Part shown: piece by piece, positions 61,866 through 64,000 of the stretch | How the letters are laid out: each line of letters starts with the position of its first letter | How positions within the stretch are numbered: position 1 is the first letter of the stretch | Assembly: GCA_012026655.1 (NCBI GenBank) | Contig: JAAILG010000529.1 | Span: 1 to 64,000 of the forward strand | Source of the DNA: Hydrolagus affinis | Lineage: Eukaryota | Direction of reading: 5' to 3' | DNA length: 64,000 nt | The notes under the pieces: model-generated | What the model was told of the DNA's origin: nothing | Seen by the model: the letters and a program-made list of their open reading frames with translations, nothing else | The model's database searches: none | Made by a program: the position numbers and the translations under genes

Positions 61866-63489
61866 ATATCACTTCAACTATATTAAACTGAATTCATTTG
61901 ACCCTCTCCCCACGAAAAATAAATTGAACACACACATTTATGGCGTTCTTTTATGACGATTGACTGTGAAAGTGCTTCATAAATTGGACAGTCCGGATGC
62001 TGCAGACCCACTGCTGGGACCACTCTGGAAAGGTTGTATTAGCAACATATGGACTTCCATGGCTAATTTCAACTCAGCTCTTATCCTTCAAAAGTTCTTG
62101 AGCAGTACAATGGATGTAGATTTCTAAATATGAAAACAGACCTCAATCAGTCAGTAAGCGGGAAGTACAGTATAAACGAGGCTTCCTGCTTCACATGGCT
62201 ATAATGTTGGCAGCAAAGTCACCTCTTTTCCAACAGGACAAACAGGGTCTCAGATGCTTCATTCTCATTGTAAATATCAGGGTATATTTTTATTGGGAAA
62301 CGTAAAAAAGCTGCCCTGTTTTTTTTGCACTGGTTAACACGAGCCTTTCTATAAGAAATGGTCAGGTTGGAAGTGTATCCAAGCCTCAGCCAGGCTGCAG
62401 GCCAGGCGAGCTCATATTGACTCAGCCTGGAAGATGATGACTGATAGCATTGTGACACAATCCAGGGCTGGTGCACCACCATCGTCTCATGCCGTCTAGA
62501 TTACTTTTGCTATTGGAAACTTTCAGCAGTAATGGGGAGGCTGAAAGCCTTGAGAAATTTATAGTTCTTCAACTAACAAGATGCCACTAGGGCTGGAATG
62601 TAGCAATGGTAATATTAACTACTCAAAGAGTACATTGGTACGCTGCTTTGGCTCACTTTTCAAAAGTTGAACCTCAGACATTATCCTCTTCCTCGTCTAC
62701 AATAAAATAGGTTAGAGATCCAGCCTGTAGCAGTGTGCCTGCTCTCCAAGTACAAATTATTGAACAAGCTACACAAGAATGTGCAAATTCTGCATTTTAT
62801 TCAGAATACTTTTAGAATTAAAAAACTTCATATACGGGGTAAAAAAAAAATTTACTTTGTGGGAGGGCAGGGTGGGGGAGTGGGGAGAGAGTGGGATTAG
62901 ATCAGACCATTCGTGGAGGAAAATGACAGTGTGGACCTGACGGGTCAAATGGTCTGATTCTGTTTCTAATCGCTCTGAGATGCCATCCGGCGTGGCAGGC
63001 GCTGTATAAATGTAAGTTGCTGTTGTTGTCTGTTTCTGTGTTGTAAGACTTTATCATTCTAAACGCACAGAATACAGAATAGCTAATCATGCCACCAACT
63101 GAGCTGACTGAATGGAGTTCCAGCTTGCCAAACAGGATACGGTTCAATTCCAAGAAGTCATGAAATAAAGAGAAATAGAAACTAATCTCGTATGTTACAA
63201 ATCAGGGAGATAGATTTCTCCTTTCTTCATTGCAGGTCACCTAGCAATGGTACACTGTGCGGAATGACGATATTACTCAAATGGAGAATGCCATCTAGAG
63301 GCTAGGAGGATACCCAAGAATCAGCGACTATGAAAGGGATGCGCTCTTTGGGGTCAGGTTTTTAGTCGAAATGTTCACAGAAAACAAACACGTAGATCGC
63401 CCAGTGTGTAAACAGTGGTTGCTTCCAGAGAATCATTGTGTCACGACAATCATTGGTACACACAAAAAAATCTGTTGTTTGTGCCCGGG

Positions 63490-63907
63490 GAGCAAGAGGA
63501 TTCTTGTTATCAGAATCAGCTCAAAGAATTGGATGTCTCCAGTTTTATTTTTAAGAACATTGAAAGCCAAGAGGAAGTCTTCAAAATTATGAATGGTTTG
63601 GGAGGAAGATAGCAAAGGATCATTCCAGTTGCTCCAAAAATTGGTCACAAGAAAAAGACAGGATTGTCTCCCAACAGAATTAGTTGATTTGAAGAAACTT
63701 TTCACTTAAAGAGAGGATTATTTGATTGTGAAACACTTCACTACAAGTGGCGACCAAGATCAAAAATATTTCAGAAGGAATTAGATACTCATTTGAAGAG
63801 GAATTTAAAATGGTGTTGGGAATTAGTATTAGAATAGAAAGCTCCAGGAAGCACTCGCCCTCTACACTAAACAGCCTTTTTCTGTGCTATGATTTCTAGG
63901 ATTCTAT
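63490..63907 (+). mobile_element. Highly degenerate CR1 LINE 3' portion
   Basis: gtcttcaaaattatgaatggtttg...aacttttcact...gaaggaattagatac...ctttttctgtgctatgatttctaggattctat (CR1-type tail). Confidence 0.65.
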
Positions 63908-64000
63908 ACAATTCACCACATGTAAAGTTCAAGATTTTGAATGCCTTTCTCAACCCACATTCTTTAATAAATTCATTAATAATCTTCTCAGTTCTAACGT

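Overview
This is vertebrate genomic DNA, not prokaryotic. The repeat content (tRNA-headed Deu-domain SINEs with L2-type tails, shark-type CR1 3' ends) points to a cartilaginous fish, probably a holocephalan such as the elephant shark; that assignment is inference. Two convergent genes are partly present. FAAP20 (+) contributes its last two coding exons (3694-4457 and 8619-8691), which encode the FANCA-binding 'FTWLPFPP' segment and the C-terminal UBZ zinc finger. PRKCZ (atypical PKC zeta, -) contributes its last nine coding exons (equivalent to human exons 10-18, 53142 down to 13503), all with GT-AG boundaries and consistent phases. The rest is intron or UTR containing about 20 SINE copies or fragments, CR1/L2 remnants, one hAT-type MITE, microsatellites and two 100-N gaps. 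I found no evidence for a wholly new gene system. The best leads are: a much-enlarged FAAP20 exon carrying a SUMO-interacting-motif-like segment ahead of the UBZ; abutting poly(A) signals of the two genes with a multi-kb PRKCZ 3' UTR; very large terminal PRKCZ introns with enhancer-like blocks; and a fold-back hairpin made from a SINE tail. Repeat boundaries are approximate (read by eye). Exon boundaries were read base by base.
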